A DNA stretch of 64,000 nt. Source: Eledone cirrhosa (taxonomy: Eukaryota). Of this stretch, positions 12,756 through 26,935 are shown piece by piece. The stretch covers positions 245,768,001-245,832,000 of the forward strand of contig OZ024741.1 in NCBI GenBank assembly GCA_964016885.1, in the 5' to 3' direction. Numbering within the stretch: the first letter of the stretch is position 1; each line of letters starts with the position of its first letter. The notes under the pieces were generated by a model. It searched no databases, was not told the DNA's origin, and saw only the letters and a list, made by a program, of their open reading frames with translations. Made by a program: the position numbers and the translations under genes.

Positions 12756-15700
12756 ACGGCTGGAAATTATCTCTCCTTGGACGGCTAGAATTTACCTCTC
12801 CTTGGACGGCTGAAAATTATCTCCCCTTGGACGGCTGGAAATTATCTCCCCTTGATTTTTTTTACAAATTATCTCCCCCTGATTTTTTTTTACAAATTAT
12901 CTCCCCCTGATTTTTTTTTACAAATTATCTCCCCCTGATTTTTTTTACAAATTATCTCCCCCTGATTTTTTTTTACAAATTATCTCCCCCTGATTTTTTT
13001 TTACAAATTATCTCCCCCTGATTTTTTTTTACAAATTATCTCCCCCTGATTTTTTTTTACAAATTATCTCCCCCTGATTTTTTTTTACAAATTATCTCCC
13101 CCTGATTTTTTTTTACAAATTATCTCCGCCTGATTTTTTTTAAAAATTACCTCCCCTTGGACGGCTGGAAATTATCTCCCCTTGGACGGCTGGAAATTAT
13201 CTCCCCTTGGACGGCTAGAAATTATCTCTCCTTGGACGGCTGAAAATTATCTCCCCTTGGACGGCTGCAAATTATCTCCCCTTGATTTTTTTTACAAATT
13301 ATCTCCCCCTGATTTTTTTTACAAATTATCTCCCCCTGATTTTTTTTACAAATTATCTACCCCTGATTTTTTTTACAAATTATCTCCCCCTGATTTTTTT
13401 TTACAAATTATCTCCCCCTGATTTTTTTTTACAAATTATCTCCCCCTGATTTTTCTTTTACAAATTATCTCCCCCTGATTTTTTTACAAAGTATCTCCCC
13501 CTGATTTTTTTTACAATCTCCGCCTGATTTTTTTAAAAATTATCTTCCCTTGGCTGGCGGGAAATTATCTCCCCTTGGACGGCTGGAAATTATCTCCCCT
13601 TGGAAGGATGGAAATTATCTCCCCTTGGACGGCTGGAAATTATCTCCCCTTGCACGGCTGGAAATTATCTCCCCTTGGACGGATAGATATTACCTCCCCT
13701 TGGACGGCTGGAAATTATCTCCCCTTGATTTTTTTACAAATTATCTTCCCCTGATTTATTTTACAAATCTCCCAATGATTTTTAAAAAAAAATTATCTCC
13801 CCTTCGCTGGCTGGAAATTATCTCCCCTTGGACGCTGGAAATTATAGCCCCTTGGAGGGCTGGAAATTATCTTCCCTTGGACGGCTGGAAATTATCTCCC
13901 CTTGATTTTTTTTACAAATTATCTCCCCCTGATTTTTTTTACAAATTATCTCCCCCTGATTTTTTTTACAAATTATCTACCCCTGATTTTTTTTACAAAT
14001 TATCTCCCCCTGATTTTTTTTTACAAATTATCTCCCCCTGATTTTTTTTTACAAATTATCTCCCCCTGATTTTTTTACAAATTATCTCCCCCTGATTTTT
14101 TTTTACAATCTCCGCCTGATTTTTTTAAAAATTATCTTCCCTTGGCTGGCTGGAAATTATCTCCCCTTGGACACTGGAAATTATAGCCCCTTGGAGGGCT
14201 GGAAATTATCTTCCCTTGGACGGCTGGAAATTATCTCCCCTTGATTTTTTTTACAAATTAACTCCGCCTGATTTTTTTTTACAAATTATCTCCCCCTGAT
14301 TTTTTTTTACAAATTATCTACCCCTGATTTTTTTTTACAAATTATCTCCCCCTGATTTTTTTTACAAATTATCTCCCCCTGATTTTTCTTTTACAAATTA
14401 TCTCCCCCTGATTTTTTTACAAATTATCTCCCCCTGATTTTTTTTACAAATTATCTCCGCCTGATTTTTTTAAATATTATCTTCCCTTGGCTGGCGGGAA
14501 ATTATCTCCCCTTGGACGGCTGGAAATTATCTGCCCTTGATTTTCTTTTTACAAATTATCTTCCACTGATTTTTTTTTACAAATTATCTCCACCTGATTT
14601 TTTAAAAAATTATCTCCCCTTGGAAGGCTGGAAATTATCTCCCCTTGGACGGCTGGAAATTATCTCCCCTTGGACGGCTAGAAATTATCTCTCCTTGGAC
14701 GGCTGAAAATTATCTCCCCTTGGACGGCTGCAAATTATCTCCCCTTGATTTTTTTTACAAATTATCTCCCCCTGATTTTTTTTACAAATTATCTCCCCCT
14801 GATTTTTTTTACAAATTATCTACCCCTGATTTTTTTTACAAATTATCTCCCCCTGATTTTTTTTACAAATTATCTCCCCCTGATTTTTTTTTACAAATTA
14901 TCTCCCCCTGATTTTTTTTTTACAAATTATCTCCCCCTGATTTTTTTACAAATTATCTCCCCCTGATTTTTTTTACAATCTCCGCCTGATTTTTTTAAAA
15001 ATTATCTTCCCTTGGCTGGCGGGAAATTATCTCCCCTTGGACGGCTGGAAATTATCTCCCCTTGGAAGGATGGAAATTATCTCCCCTTGGACGGCTGGAA
15101 ATTATCTCCCCTTGCACGGCTGGAAATTATCTCCCCTTGGCTGGAAATTATCTCCCCTTGGACGGCTAGAAATTATCTCTCTTTGGACGGCTGGAAATTA
15201 TCTCCCTTTGATTTTTTTTACAAATTATCTCCCTCTGATTTTTTTTACAAATCTCCCCCTGATTTTTTAAAAAAAATTATCTCCCCTTCGCTGGCTGGAA
15301 ATTATCTTCCCTTGGACGGCTGGAAATTATCTCACCTTGATTTTTTTTACAAATTATCTCCGCCTGATTTTTTTTTAAAATTATCTCTCCTTGGACGGCT
15401 GGAAATTATCTCCCCTTGATTTTTTTTACAAATAATCTCCCCCTGATTTTTTTTTATAAATTATCTCCCCCTGATTTTTTTTTACAAATTATCTACCCCT
15501 GATTTTTTTTTACAAATTATCTCCCCCTGATTTTTTTTACAAATTATCTCCCCCTGATTTTTCTTTTACAAATTATCTCCCCCTGATTTTTTTACAAATT
15601 ATCTCCCCCTGATTTTTTTTACAAATTGTCTCCGCCTGATTTTTTTAAATATTATCTTCCCTTGGCTGGCGGGAAATTACCTCCCCTTGGACGGCTGGAA

Positions 15701-18700
15701 ATTATCTGCCCTTGATTTTCTTTTTACAAATTATCTTCCACTGATTTTTTTTACAAATTATCTCCACCTGATTTTTTAAAAAATTATCTCCCCTTGGAAG
15801 GCTGGAAATTATCTCCCCTTGGCTGGAAATTATCTCCCCTTGGACGGCTAGAAATTATCTCTCTTTGGACGGCTGGAAATTATCACCCCTTGATTTTTTA
15901 ACAAATTATCTCCCCCTGATTTTTTTTACAAATCTCCCAGTGATTTTTTAAAAAAAATTATCTCCCCTTCGCTGGCTGGAAATTATCTCCCCTTGGACGC
16001 TGGAAATTATAGCCCCTTGGAGGGCTGGAAATTATCTTCCCTTGGACGGCCGGAAATTATCTCCCCTTGATTTTTTTTACAAATTATCTCCCCCTGATTT
16101 TTTTTTACAAATTATCTCCCCCTGATTTTTTTTTACAACTTATCTGCGCCTGATTTTTTTAAAAAAATTATCTCCCCTTGGACGGCTGGAAATTATCTCC
16201 CCTTGGACGGCTGGAAATTATCTCTCCTTGGACGGCTAGAATTTACCTCTCCTTGGACGGCTGAAAATTATCTCCCCTTGGACGGCTGGAAATTATCTCC
16301 CCTTGATTTTTTTTACAAATTATCTCCCCCTTTTTTTTTTTTACAAATTATCTCCCCCTGATTTTTTTTTACAAATTATCTCCCCCTGATTTTTTTTTAC
16401 AAATTATCTCCCCCTGATTTTTTTTACAAATTATCTCCCCCCTGATTTTTTTACAAATTATCTCCCCTTGGACGGCTAGAAATTACCTCTCCTTGGACGG
16501 CTGGAAAATATGTCTCCTTGGACGGCTGGATATTATCTCCCCTTGGACGGCTGGAAATTATCTCCCCTTGGACGGCTGGAAATTATCTCCCCTTGGATGG
16601 CTAGATATTACCTCCCCTTGGACGGCTGGAAATTATCTCCCCTTGATTTTTTTAACAAATTATCTCCCCCTGATTTTTTTTTACAAATGATCTCCCCCTG
16701 ATTTTTTTTAAAAAATTATCTCCCCCTGATTTTTGTTTACAAATTATCTCCGCCTGATTTTTTTTAACAAATTATCTCCCCTTGGACGGCTGGAAATTAT
16801 CTCCCCTTGGACGGCTGGAAATTATATCTCCTTGGACGGCTAGAATTTACCTCTCCTTGGACGGCTGAAAATTATCTCCCCTTGGACGGCTGGAAATTAT
16901 CTCCCCTTGATTTTTTTTACAAATCATCTCCCCCTGATTTTTTTTTACAAATTATCTCCCCCTGATTTTTTTTACAAATTATATCCCCCTGATTTTTTTA
17001 CAAATTATCTCCCCTTGGCTGGCTGGAAATTATCTCCCCTTGGAGGCTGGAACTTATCTCCCCTTGGACGGCTAGAAATTACCTCTCCTTGGACGGCTGG
17101 AAAATATGTCTCCTTGGACGGCTGGATATTATCTCCCCTTGGACGGCTGGAAATTATCTCCCCTTGGAAGGCTGGAAATTATCTCCCCTTGGATGGCTAG
17201 ATATTACCTCCCGTTGGACGGCTGGAAATTATCTCCCCTTGATTTTTTTTACAAATTATCTCCCCCTGATTTTTTTTTACAAATTATCTCCCCCTGATTT
17301 TTTTTTACAAATTATCTCCCCCTGATTTTTGTTTACAAATTATCTCCGCCTGATTTTTTTTTAAAAATTATCTCCCCTTGGACGGCTGGAAATTATCTCC
17401 CCTTGGACGGCTAGAAATTACCTCTCCTTGGACGGCTGAAAATTATCTCCCCTTGGACGGCTGGAAATTATCTCCCCTTGATTTTTTTACAAATTATCTC
17501 CCCCTGATTTTTTTTTTACAAATTATCTCCCCCTGATTTTTTTTTACAAATTATCTACCCCTGATTTTTTTTTACAAATTATCTCCCCCTGATTTTTTTT
17601 TACAAATTATCTACCCCTGATTTTTTTTACAAATTATCTCCCCCTGATTTTTTTTACAAATTATCTCCCCCTGATTTTTTTTTACAAATTATCTCCCCCT
17701 GATTTTTTTACAAATTATCTCCCCCTGATTTTTTTTACAAATTATCTCCGCCGGATTTTTTTAAATATTATCTTCCCTTGGCTTGCGGGAAATTATCTCC
17801 CCTTGGACAGCTGAAAATTATCTCCCCTTGGACGGCTGGAAATTATCTCCCCTTGATTTTTTTTACAAATTATCTCCCCCTGATTTTTTTTTACAAATTA
17901 TCTCCCCCTGATTTTTTTTACAAATTATCTCCCCCTGATTTTTTTTTACAAATTATCTCCCCCTGATTTTTTTTACAAATTATCTCCCCCTGATTTTTTT
18001 TACAAATTATCTCCCCCTGATTTTTTTTACAAATTATCTCCCCCTGATTTTTTTACAAATTATCTCCCCCTGATTTTTTTTACAAATTATCTCCGCCTGA
18101 TTTTTTTAAATATTATCTTCCCTTGGCTGGCGGGAAATTATCTCCCCTTGGACGGCTGGAAATTATCTGCCCTTGATTTTCTTTTTACAAATTAACTTCC
18201 ACTGATTTTTTTTACAAATTATCTCCACCTGATTTTTTTAAAAATTATCTCCCCTTGGAAGGCTGGAAATTATCTCCCCTTGGCTGGAAATTATCTCCCC
18301 TTGGACGGCTAAAAATTATCTCTCTTTGGACGGCTGGAAATTATCACCCCTTGAGTTTTTTACAAATTATCTCCCCCTGATTTTTTTTACAAATCTCCCA
18401 GTGATTTTAAAAAAAAAATTATCTTCCCTTCGCTGGCTGGAAATTATCTCCCCTTGGACGCTGGAAATTATAGCCCCTTGGAGGGCTGGAAATTATCTTC
18501 CCTTGGACGGCTGGAAATTATCTCCCCTTGATTTTTTTTACAAATTATCTCCCCCTGATTTTTTTTTACAAATTATCTCCCCCTGATTTTTTTTTACAAC
18601 TTATCTGCGCCTGATTTTTTTTTAAAAATTATCTCCCCTTGGACGGCTGGAAATTATCTCCCCTTGGACGGCTGGAAATTATCTCTCCTTGGACGGCTAG

Positions 18701-21700
18701 AATTTACCTCTCCTTGGACGGCTGAAAATTATCTCCCCTTGGACGGCTGGAAATTATCTCCCCTTGATTTTTTTTACAAATTATCTCCCCCTGATTTTTT
18801 TTTACAAATTATCTCCCCCTGATTTTTTTTTACAAATTATCTCCCCCTGATTTTTTTTTACAAATTATCTCCCCCTGATTTTTTTTACAAATTATCTCCC
18901 CCTGATTTTTTTTTACAAATTATCTCCCCCTGATTTTTTTTTACAAATTATCTCCCCCTGATTTTTTTTTACAAATTATCTCCCCCTAATTTTTTTTTAC
19001 AAATTATCTCCCCCTGATTTTTTTTTACAAATTATCTCCCCCTGATTTTTTTTTACAAATTATCTCCGCCTGATTTTTTTTTAAAAATTACCTCCCCTTG
19101 GACGGCTGGAAATTATCTCCCCTTGGACGGCTGGAAATTATCTCCCCTTGGACGGCTAGAAATTATCTCTCCTTGGACGGCTGAAAATTATCTCCCCTTG
19201 GACGGCTGCAAATTATCTCCCCTTGATTTTTTTTACAAATTATCTCCCCCTGATTTTTTTTACAAATTATCTCCCCCTGATTTTTTTTACAAATTATCTA
19301 CCCCTGATTTTTTTTACAAATTATCTCCCCCTGATTTTTTTTTACAAATTATCTCCCCCTGATTTTTTTTTACAAATTATCTCCCCCTGATTTTTCTTTT
19401 ACAAACTATCTCCCCCTGATTTTTTTACAAAGTATCTCCCCCTGATTTTTTTTACAATCTCCGCCTGATTTTTTTAAAAATTATCTTCCCTTGGCTGGCG
19501 GGAAATTATCTCCCCTTGGACGGCTGGAAATTATCTCCCCTTGGAAGGATGGAAATTATCTCCCCTTGGACGGCTGGAAATTATCTCCCCTTGCACGGCT
19601 GGAAATTATCTCCCCTTGGACGGCTAGAAATTATCTCTCTTTGGACGGCTGGAAATTATCTCCCTTTGATTTTTTTTACAAATTATCTCCCTCTGATTTT
19701 TTTTACAAATCTCCCCCTGATTTTTAAAAAAAAATTATCTCCCCTTCGCTGGCTGGAAATTATCTCCCCTTGGACACTGGAAATTATAGCCCCTTGGAGG
19801 GCCGGAAATTATCTTCCCTTGGACGGCTGGAAATTATCTCCCACTGATTTTTTTTACAAATTATCTCCGCCTTATTTTTTTAAAAAATTATCTCTCCTTG
19901 GACGGCTGGAAATTATCTCCCCTTGATTTTTTTTACAAATAATCTCCCCCTGATTTTTTTTTACAAATTATCTCCCCCTGATTTTTTTTTACAAATTATC
20001 TACCCCTGATTTTTTTTTACAAATTATCTCCCCCTGATTTTTTTTACGAATTATCTCCCCCTGATTTTTCTTTTACAAATTATCTCCCCCTGATTTTTTT
20101 TACAAATTATCTCCGCCTGATTTTTTTAAATATTATCTTCCCTTGGCTGGCGGGAAATTATCTCCCCTTGGACGGCTGGAAATTATCTGCCCTTGATTTT
20201 CTTTTTACAAATTATCTTCCACTGATTTTTTTTACAAATTATCTCCACCTGATTTTTTAAAAAATTATCTCCCCTTGGAAGGCTGGAAATTATCTCCCCT
20301 TGGCTGGAAATTATCTCCCCTTGGACGGCTAGAAATTATCTCTCTTTGTACGGCTGGAAATTATCACCCCTTGAGTTTTTTACAAATTATCTCCCCCTGA
20401 TATTTTTTACAAATCTCCCAGTGTTTTTTAAAAAAAATTATCTCCCCTTCGCTGGCTGGAAATTATCTCCCCTTGGACGCTGGAAATTATAGCCCCTTGG
20501 AGGGCTGGAAATTATCTTCCCTTGGACGGCTGGAAATTATCTCCCCTTGGACGGCTGGAAATTATCTCTCCTTGGACGGCTAGAATTTACCTCTCCTTGG
20601 ACGGCTGAAAATTATCTCCCCTTGGACGGCTGGAAATTATCTCCCCTTGATTTTTTTTACAAATTATCTCCCCCTGATTTTTTTTTACAAATTATCTCCC
20701 CCTGATTTTTTTTTACAAATTCTCTCCCCCTGATTTTTTTTTACAAATTATCTCCCCCTGATTTTTTTTACAAATTATCTCCCCCTGATTTTTTTACAAA
20801 TTATCTCCCCTTGGCTGGCTGGAAATTATCTCCCCTTGGAGGCTGGAACTTATGTCCCCTTGGACGGCTAGAAATTACCTCTCCTTGGACGGCTGGAAAA
20901 TATGTCTCCTTGGACGGCTGGATATTATCTCCCCTTGGACGGCTGGAAATTATCTCCCCTTGGACGGCTGGAAATTATCTCCCCTTGGATGGCTAGATAT
21001 TACCTCCCCTTGGACGGCTGGAAATTATCTCCCCTTGATTTTTTTTACAAATTATCTCCCCCTGATTTTTTTTTACAAATTATCTCCCCCTGATTTTTTT
21101 TTACAAATTATCTCCCCCTGATTTTTGTTTACAAATTATCTCCGCCTGGTTTTTTTTTTAAATTATCTCCCCTTGGACGGCTGGAAATTATCTCCCCTTG
21201 GACGGCTAGAAATTACCTCTCCTTGGACGGCTGAAAATTATCTCCCCTTGGACGGCTGGAAATTATCTCCCCTTGATTTTTTTACAAATTATCTCCCCCT
21301 GATTTTTTTTTTACAAATTATCTCCCCCTGATTTTTTTTTTACAAATTATCTCCCCCTGATTTTTTTTTACAAATTATCTACCCCTGATTTTTTTTACAA
21401 ATTATCTCCCCCTGATTTTTTTTACAAATTATCTCCCCCTGATTTTTTTTTACAAATTATCTCCCCCTGATTTTTTTACAAATTATCTCCCCCTGATTTT
21501 TTTTACAAATTATCTCCGCCTGATTTTTTTAAATATTATCTTCCCTTGGCTGGCGGGAAATTATCTCCCCTTGGACGGCTGAAAATTATCTCCCCTTGGA
21601 CGGCTGGAAATTATCTCCCCTTGATTTTTTTTACAAATTATCTCCCCCTGATTTTTTTTTACAAATTATCTCCCCCTGATTTTTTTACAAATTATCTCCC

Positions 21701-24339
21701 CCTGATTTTTTTTTACAAATTATCTCCCCCTGATTTTTTTTACAAATTATCTCCCTCTGATTTTTTTACAAATTATCTCCCCTTGGCTGGCTGGAAATTA
21801 TCTCCCCTTGGACGGCTAGAAATTACCTCTCCTTGGACGGCTGGAAAATATGTCTCCTTGGACGGCTGGATATTATCTCCCCTTGGACGGCTGGAAATTA
21901 TCTCCCCTTGGACGGCTGGAAATTATCTCCCCTTGGACGGATAGATATTACCTCCCCTTGGACGGCTGGAAATTATCTCCCCTTGATTTTTTTACAAATT
22001 ATCTCCCCCTGATTTATTTTACAAATCTCCCAATGATTTAAAAAAAAAAATTATCTCCCCTTCGCTGGCTGGAAATTATCTCCCCTTGGACGCTGGAAAT
22101 TATAGCCCCTTGGAGGGCTGGAAATTATCTTCCCTTGGACGGCTGGAAATTATCTCCCATTGATTTTTTTTACAAATTATCTCCCCCTGATTTTTTTTTA
22201 CAAATTATCTCCCCCTGATTTTTTTTACAAATTATCTACCCCTGATTTTTTTTACAAATTATCTCCCCCTGATTTTTTTTTACAAATTATCTCCCCCTGA
22301 TTTTTTTTTACAAATTATGTCCCCCTGATTTTTTTACAAATTATCTCCCCCTGATTTTTTTTACAATCTCCGCCTGATTTTTTTAAAAATTATCTTCCGT
22401 TGGCTGGCTGGAAATTATCTCCCCTTGGACACTGGAAATTATAGCCCCTTGGAGGGCTGGAAATTATCTTCCCTTGGACGGCTGGAAATTATCTCCCCTT
22501 GATTTTTTTTACAAATTATCTCCGCCTGATTTTTTTTTACAAATTATCTCCCCCTGATTTTTCTTTTACAAATTATCTCCCCCTGATTTTTTTACAAATT
22601 ATCTCCCCCTGATTTTTTTTACAAATTATCTCCGCCTGATTTTTTTAAATATTATCTTCCCTTGGCTGGCGGGAAATTATCTCCCCTTGGACGGCTGGAA
22701 ATTATCTGCCCTTGATTTTCTTTTTACAAATTATCTTCCACTGATTTTTTTTACAAATTATCTCCACCTGATTTTTTAAAAAATTATCTCCCCTTGGAAG
22801 GCTGGAAATTATCTCCGCTTGGACGGCTGGAAATTATCTCCCCTTGGACGGCTAGAAATTATCTCTCCTTGGACGGCTGAAAATTATCTCCCCTTGGACG
22901 GCTGCAAATTATCTCCCCTTGATTTTTTTTACAAATTATCTCCCCCTGATTTTTTTTACAAATTATCTCCCCCTAATTTTTTTTACAAATTATCTACCCC
23001 TGATTTTTTTTACAAATTATCTCCCCCTGATTTTTTTTTACAAATTATCTCCCCCTGATTTTTTTTTACAAATTATCTCCCCCTGATTTTTTTTTTACAA
23101 ATTATCTCCCCCTGATTTTTTTACAAATTATCTCCCCCTGATTTTTTTTACAATCTCCGCCTGATTTTTTTAAAAATTATCTTCCCTTGGCTGGCGGGAA
23201 ATTATCTCCCCTTGGACGGCTGGAAATTATCTCCCCTTGGAAGGATGGAAATTATCTCCCCTTGGACGGCTGGAAATTATCTCCCCTTGCACGGCTGGAA
23301 ATTATCTCCCCTTGGCTGGAAATTATCTCCCCTTGGACGGCTAGAAATTATCTCTCTTTGGACGGCTGGAAATTATCTCCCTTTGATTTTTTTTACAAAT
23401 TATCTCCCTCTGATTTTTTTTACAAATCTCCCCCTGATTTTTTTAAAAAAATTATCTCCCCTTCGCTGGCTGGAAATTATCTTCCCTTGGACGGCTGGAA
23501 ATTATCTCCCCTTGATTTTTTTTACAAATTATCTCCGCCTGATTTTTTTTAAAAATTATCTCTCCTTAGACGGCTGGAAATTATCTCCCCTTGATTTTTT
23601 TTACAAATAATCTCCCCCTGATTTTTTTTTACAAATTATCTCCCCCTGATTTTTTTTTACAAATTATCTACCCCTGATTTTTTTTTACAAATTATCTCCC
23701 CCTGATTTTTTTTACAAATTATCTCCCCCTGATTTTTCTTTTACAAATTATCTCCCCCTGATTTTTTTACAAATTATCTCCCCCTGATTTTTTTTACAAA
23801 TTGTCTCTGCCTGATTTTTTTAAATATTATCTTCCCGTGGCTGGCGGGAAATTACCTCCCCTTGGACGGCTGGAAATTATCTGTCCTTGATTTTCTTTTT
23901 ACAAATTATCTTCCACTGATTTTTTTTACAAATTATCTCCACCTGATTTTTTAAAAAATTATCTCCCCTTGGAAGGCTGGAAATCATCTCCCCTTGGCTG
24001 GAAATTATCTCCCCTTGGACGGCTAGAAATTATCTCTCTTTGGACGGCTGGAAATTATCACCCCTTGAGTTTTTTACAAATTATCTCCCCCTGATTTTTT
24101 TTACAAATCTCCCAGTGATTTTTAAAAAAAAATTATCTCCCCTTCGCTGGCTGGAAATTATCTCCCCTTGGACGCTGGAAATTATAGCCCCTTGGAGGGC
24201 TGGAAATTATCTTCCCTTGGACGGCTGGAAATTATGTCCCCTTGATTTTTTTACAAATTATCTCCCCCTGATTTTTTTTTACAAATTATCTCCCCCTGAT
24301 TTTTTTTTACAACTTATCTGCGCCTGATTTTTTTAAAAA

Positions 24340-26935
24340 AATTATCTCCCCTTGGACGGCTGGAAATTATCTCTCCTTGGACGGCTAGAATTTACCTCTC
24401 CTTGGACGGCTGAAAATTATCTCCCCTTGGACGGCTGGAAATTATCTCCCCTTGATTTTTTTTACAAATTATCTCCCCCTGATTTTTTTTTACAAATTAT
24501 CTCCCCCTGATTTTTTTTTACAAATTATCTCCCCCTGATTTTTTTTTACAAATTATCTCCCCCTGATTTTTTTACAAATTATCTCCCCTTGGCTGGCTGG
24601 AAATTATCTCCCCTTGGAGGCTGGAACTTATCTCCCCTTGGACGGCTAGAAATTACCTCTCCTTGGACGGCTGGAAAATATGTCTCCTTGGACGGCTGGA
24701 TATTATCTCCCCTTGGACGGCTGGAAATTATCTCCCCTTGGACGGCTGGAAATTATCTCCCCTTGGATGGCTAGATATTACCTCCCCTTGGACGGCTGGA
24801 AATTATCTCCCCTTGATTTTTTTTACAAATTATCTCCCCCTGATTTTTTTTTACAAATTATCTCCCCCTGATTTTTTTTTTAAAATTATCTCCCCCTGAT
24901 TTTTGTTTACAAATTATCTCCGCCTGATTTTTTTTTTTAAATTATCTCCCCTTGGACGGCTGGAAATTATCTCCCCTTGGACGGCTGGAAATTATATCTC
25001 CTTGGACGGCTAGAATTTACCTCTCCTTGGACGGCTGAAAATTATCTCCCCTTGGACGGCTGGAAATTATCTCCCCTTGATTTTTTTTACAAATTATCTC
25101 CCCCTGATTTTTTTTTACAAATTATCTCCCACAGATTTTTTTTTTACAAATTATCTCCCCCTGATTTTTTTTTACAAATTATCTCCCCCTGATTTTTTTA
25201 CAAATTATCTCCCCTTGGCTGGCTGGAAATTATCTCCCCTTGGAGGCTGGAACTTATCTCCCCTTGGACGGCTAGAAATTACCTCTCCTTGGACGGCTGG
25301 AAAATATGTCTCCTTGGACGGCTGGATATTATCTCCCCTTGGACGGCTGGAAATTATCTCCCCTTGGACGGCTGGAAATTATCTCCCCTTGGATGGCTAG
25401 ATATTACCTCCCCTTGGACGGCTGGAAATTATCTCCCCTTGATTTTTTTTACAAATTATCTCCCCCTGATTTTTTTTTACAAATTATCTCCCCCTGATTT
25501 TTTTTTACAAATTATCTCCCCCTGATTTTTGTTTACAAATTATCTCCGCCTGATTTTTTTTTTAAAATTATCTCCCCTTGGACGGCTGGAAATTATCTCC
25601 CCTTGGACGGCTAGAAATTACCTCTCCTTGGACGGCTGAAAATTATCTCCCCTTGGACGGCTGGAAATTATCTCCCCTTGATTTTTTTACAAATTATCTC
25701 CCCCTGATTTTTTTTTTACAAATTATCTCCCCCTGATTTTTTTTTTACAAATTATCTCCCCCTAATTTTTTTTTACAAATTATCTCCCCCTGATTTTTTT
25801 TACAAATTATCTCCCCCCTGATTTTTTTACAAATTATCTCCCCTTGGCTGGCTGGAAATTATCTCCCCTTGGAGGCTGGAACTTATCTCCCCTTGGACGG
25901 CTAGAAATTACCTCTCCTTGGACGGCTGGAAAATATGTCTCCTTGGACGGCTGGATATTATCTCCCCTTGGACGGCTGGAAATTATCTCCCCTTGGACGG
26001 CTGGAAATTATCTCCCCTTGGATGGCTAGATATTACCTCCCCTTGGACGGCTGGAAATTATCTCCCCTTGATTTTTTTTACAAATTATCTCCCCCTAATT
26101 TTTTTTTACAAATTATCTCCCCCTGATTTTTTTAAAAAAATTATCTCCCCCTGATTTTTGTTTACAAATTATCTCCGCCTGATTTTTTAAAAAAAATTAT
26201 CTCCCCTTGGACGGCTGGAAATTATCTCCCCTTGGACGGCTGGAAATTATATCTCCTTGGACGGCTAGAATTTACCTCTCCTTGGACGGCTGAAAATTAA
26301 CTCCCCTTGGACGGCTGGAAATTATCTCCCCTTGATTTTTTTACAAATTATCTCCCCCTGATTTTTTTTTACAAATTATCTCCCCCTGATTTTTTTTTAC
26401 AAATTATCTCCCCCTGATTTTTTTTTACAAATTATCTCCCCCTGATTTTTTTACAAATTATCTCACCTTGGCTGGCTGGAAATTATCTCCCCTTGGAGGC
26501 TGGAACTTATCTCCCCTTGGACGGCTAGAAATTACCTCTCCTTGGACGGCTGGAAAATATGTCTCCTTGGACGGCTGGATATTATCTCCCCTTGGACGGC
26601 TGGAAATTATCTCCCCTTGGACGGCTGGAAATTATCTCCCCTTGGATGGCTAGATATTACCTCCCCTTGGACGGCTGGAAATTATCTCCCCTTGATTTTG
26701 TTTACAAATTATCTCCCCCTGATTTTTTTTTACAAATTATCTCCCCCTGATTTTTTTTTACAAATTATCTCCCCCTGATTTTTGTTTACAAATTATCTCC
26801 GCCTGATTTTTTTTTTTAAATTATCTCCCCTTGGACGGCTGGAAATTATCTCCCCTCGGACGGCTAGAAATTACCTCTCCTTGGACGGCTGAAAATTATC
26901 TCCCCTTGGACGGCTGGAAATTATCTCCCCTTGAT
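24340..26935 (+). repeat. Four tandem ~625-bp higher-order units
   Basis: Word 1 starts at 24589, 25215, 25844 and 26468 (spacings 626, 629, 624). The same period is seen at 757/1385/2010, 8337/8961 and 28330/28954. Confidence 0.88.
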
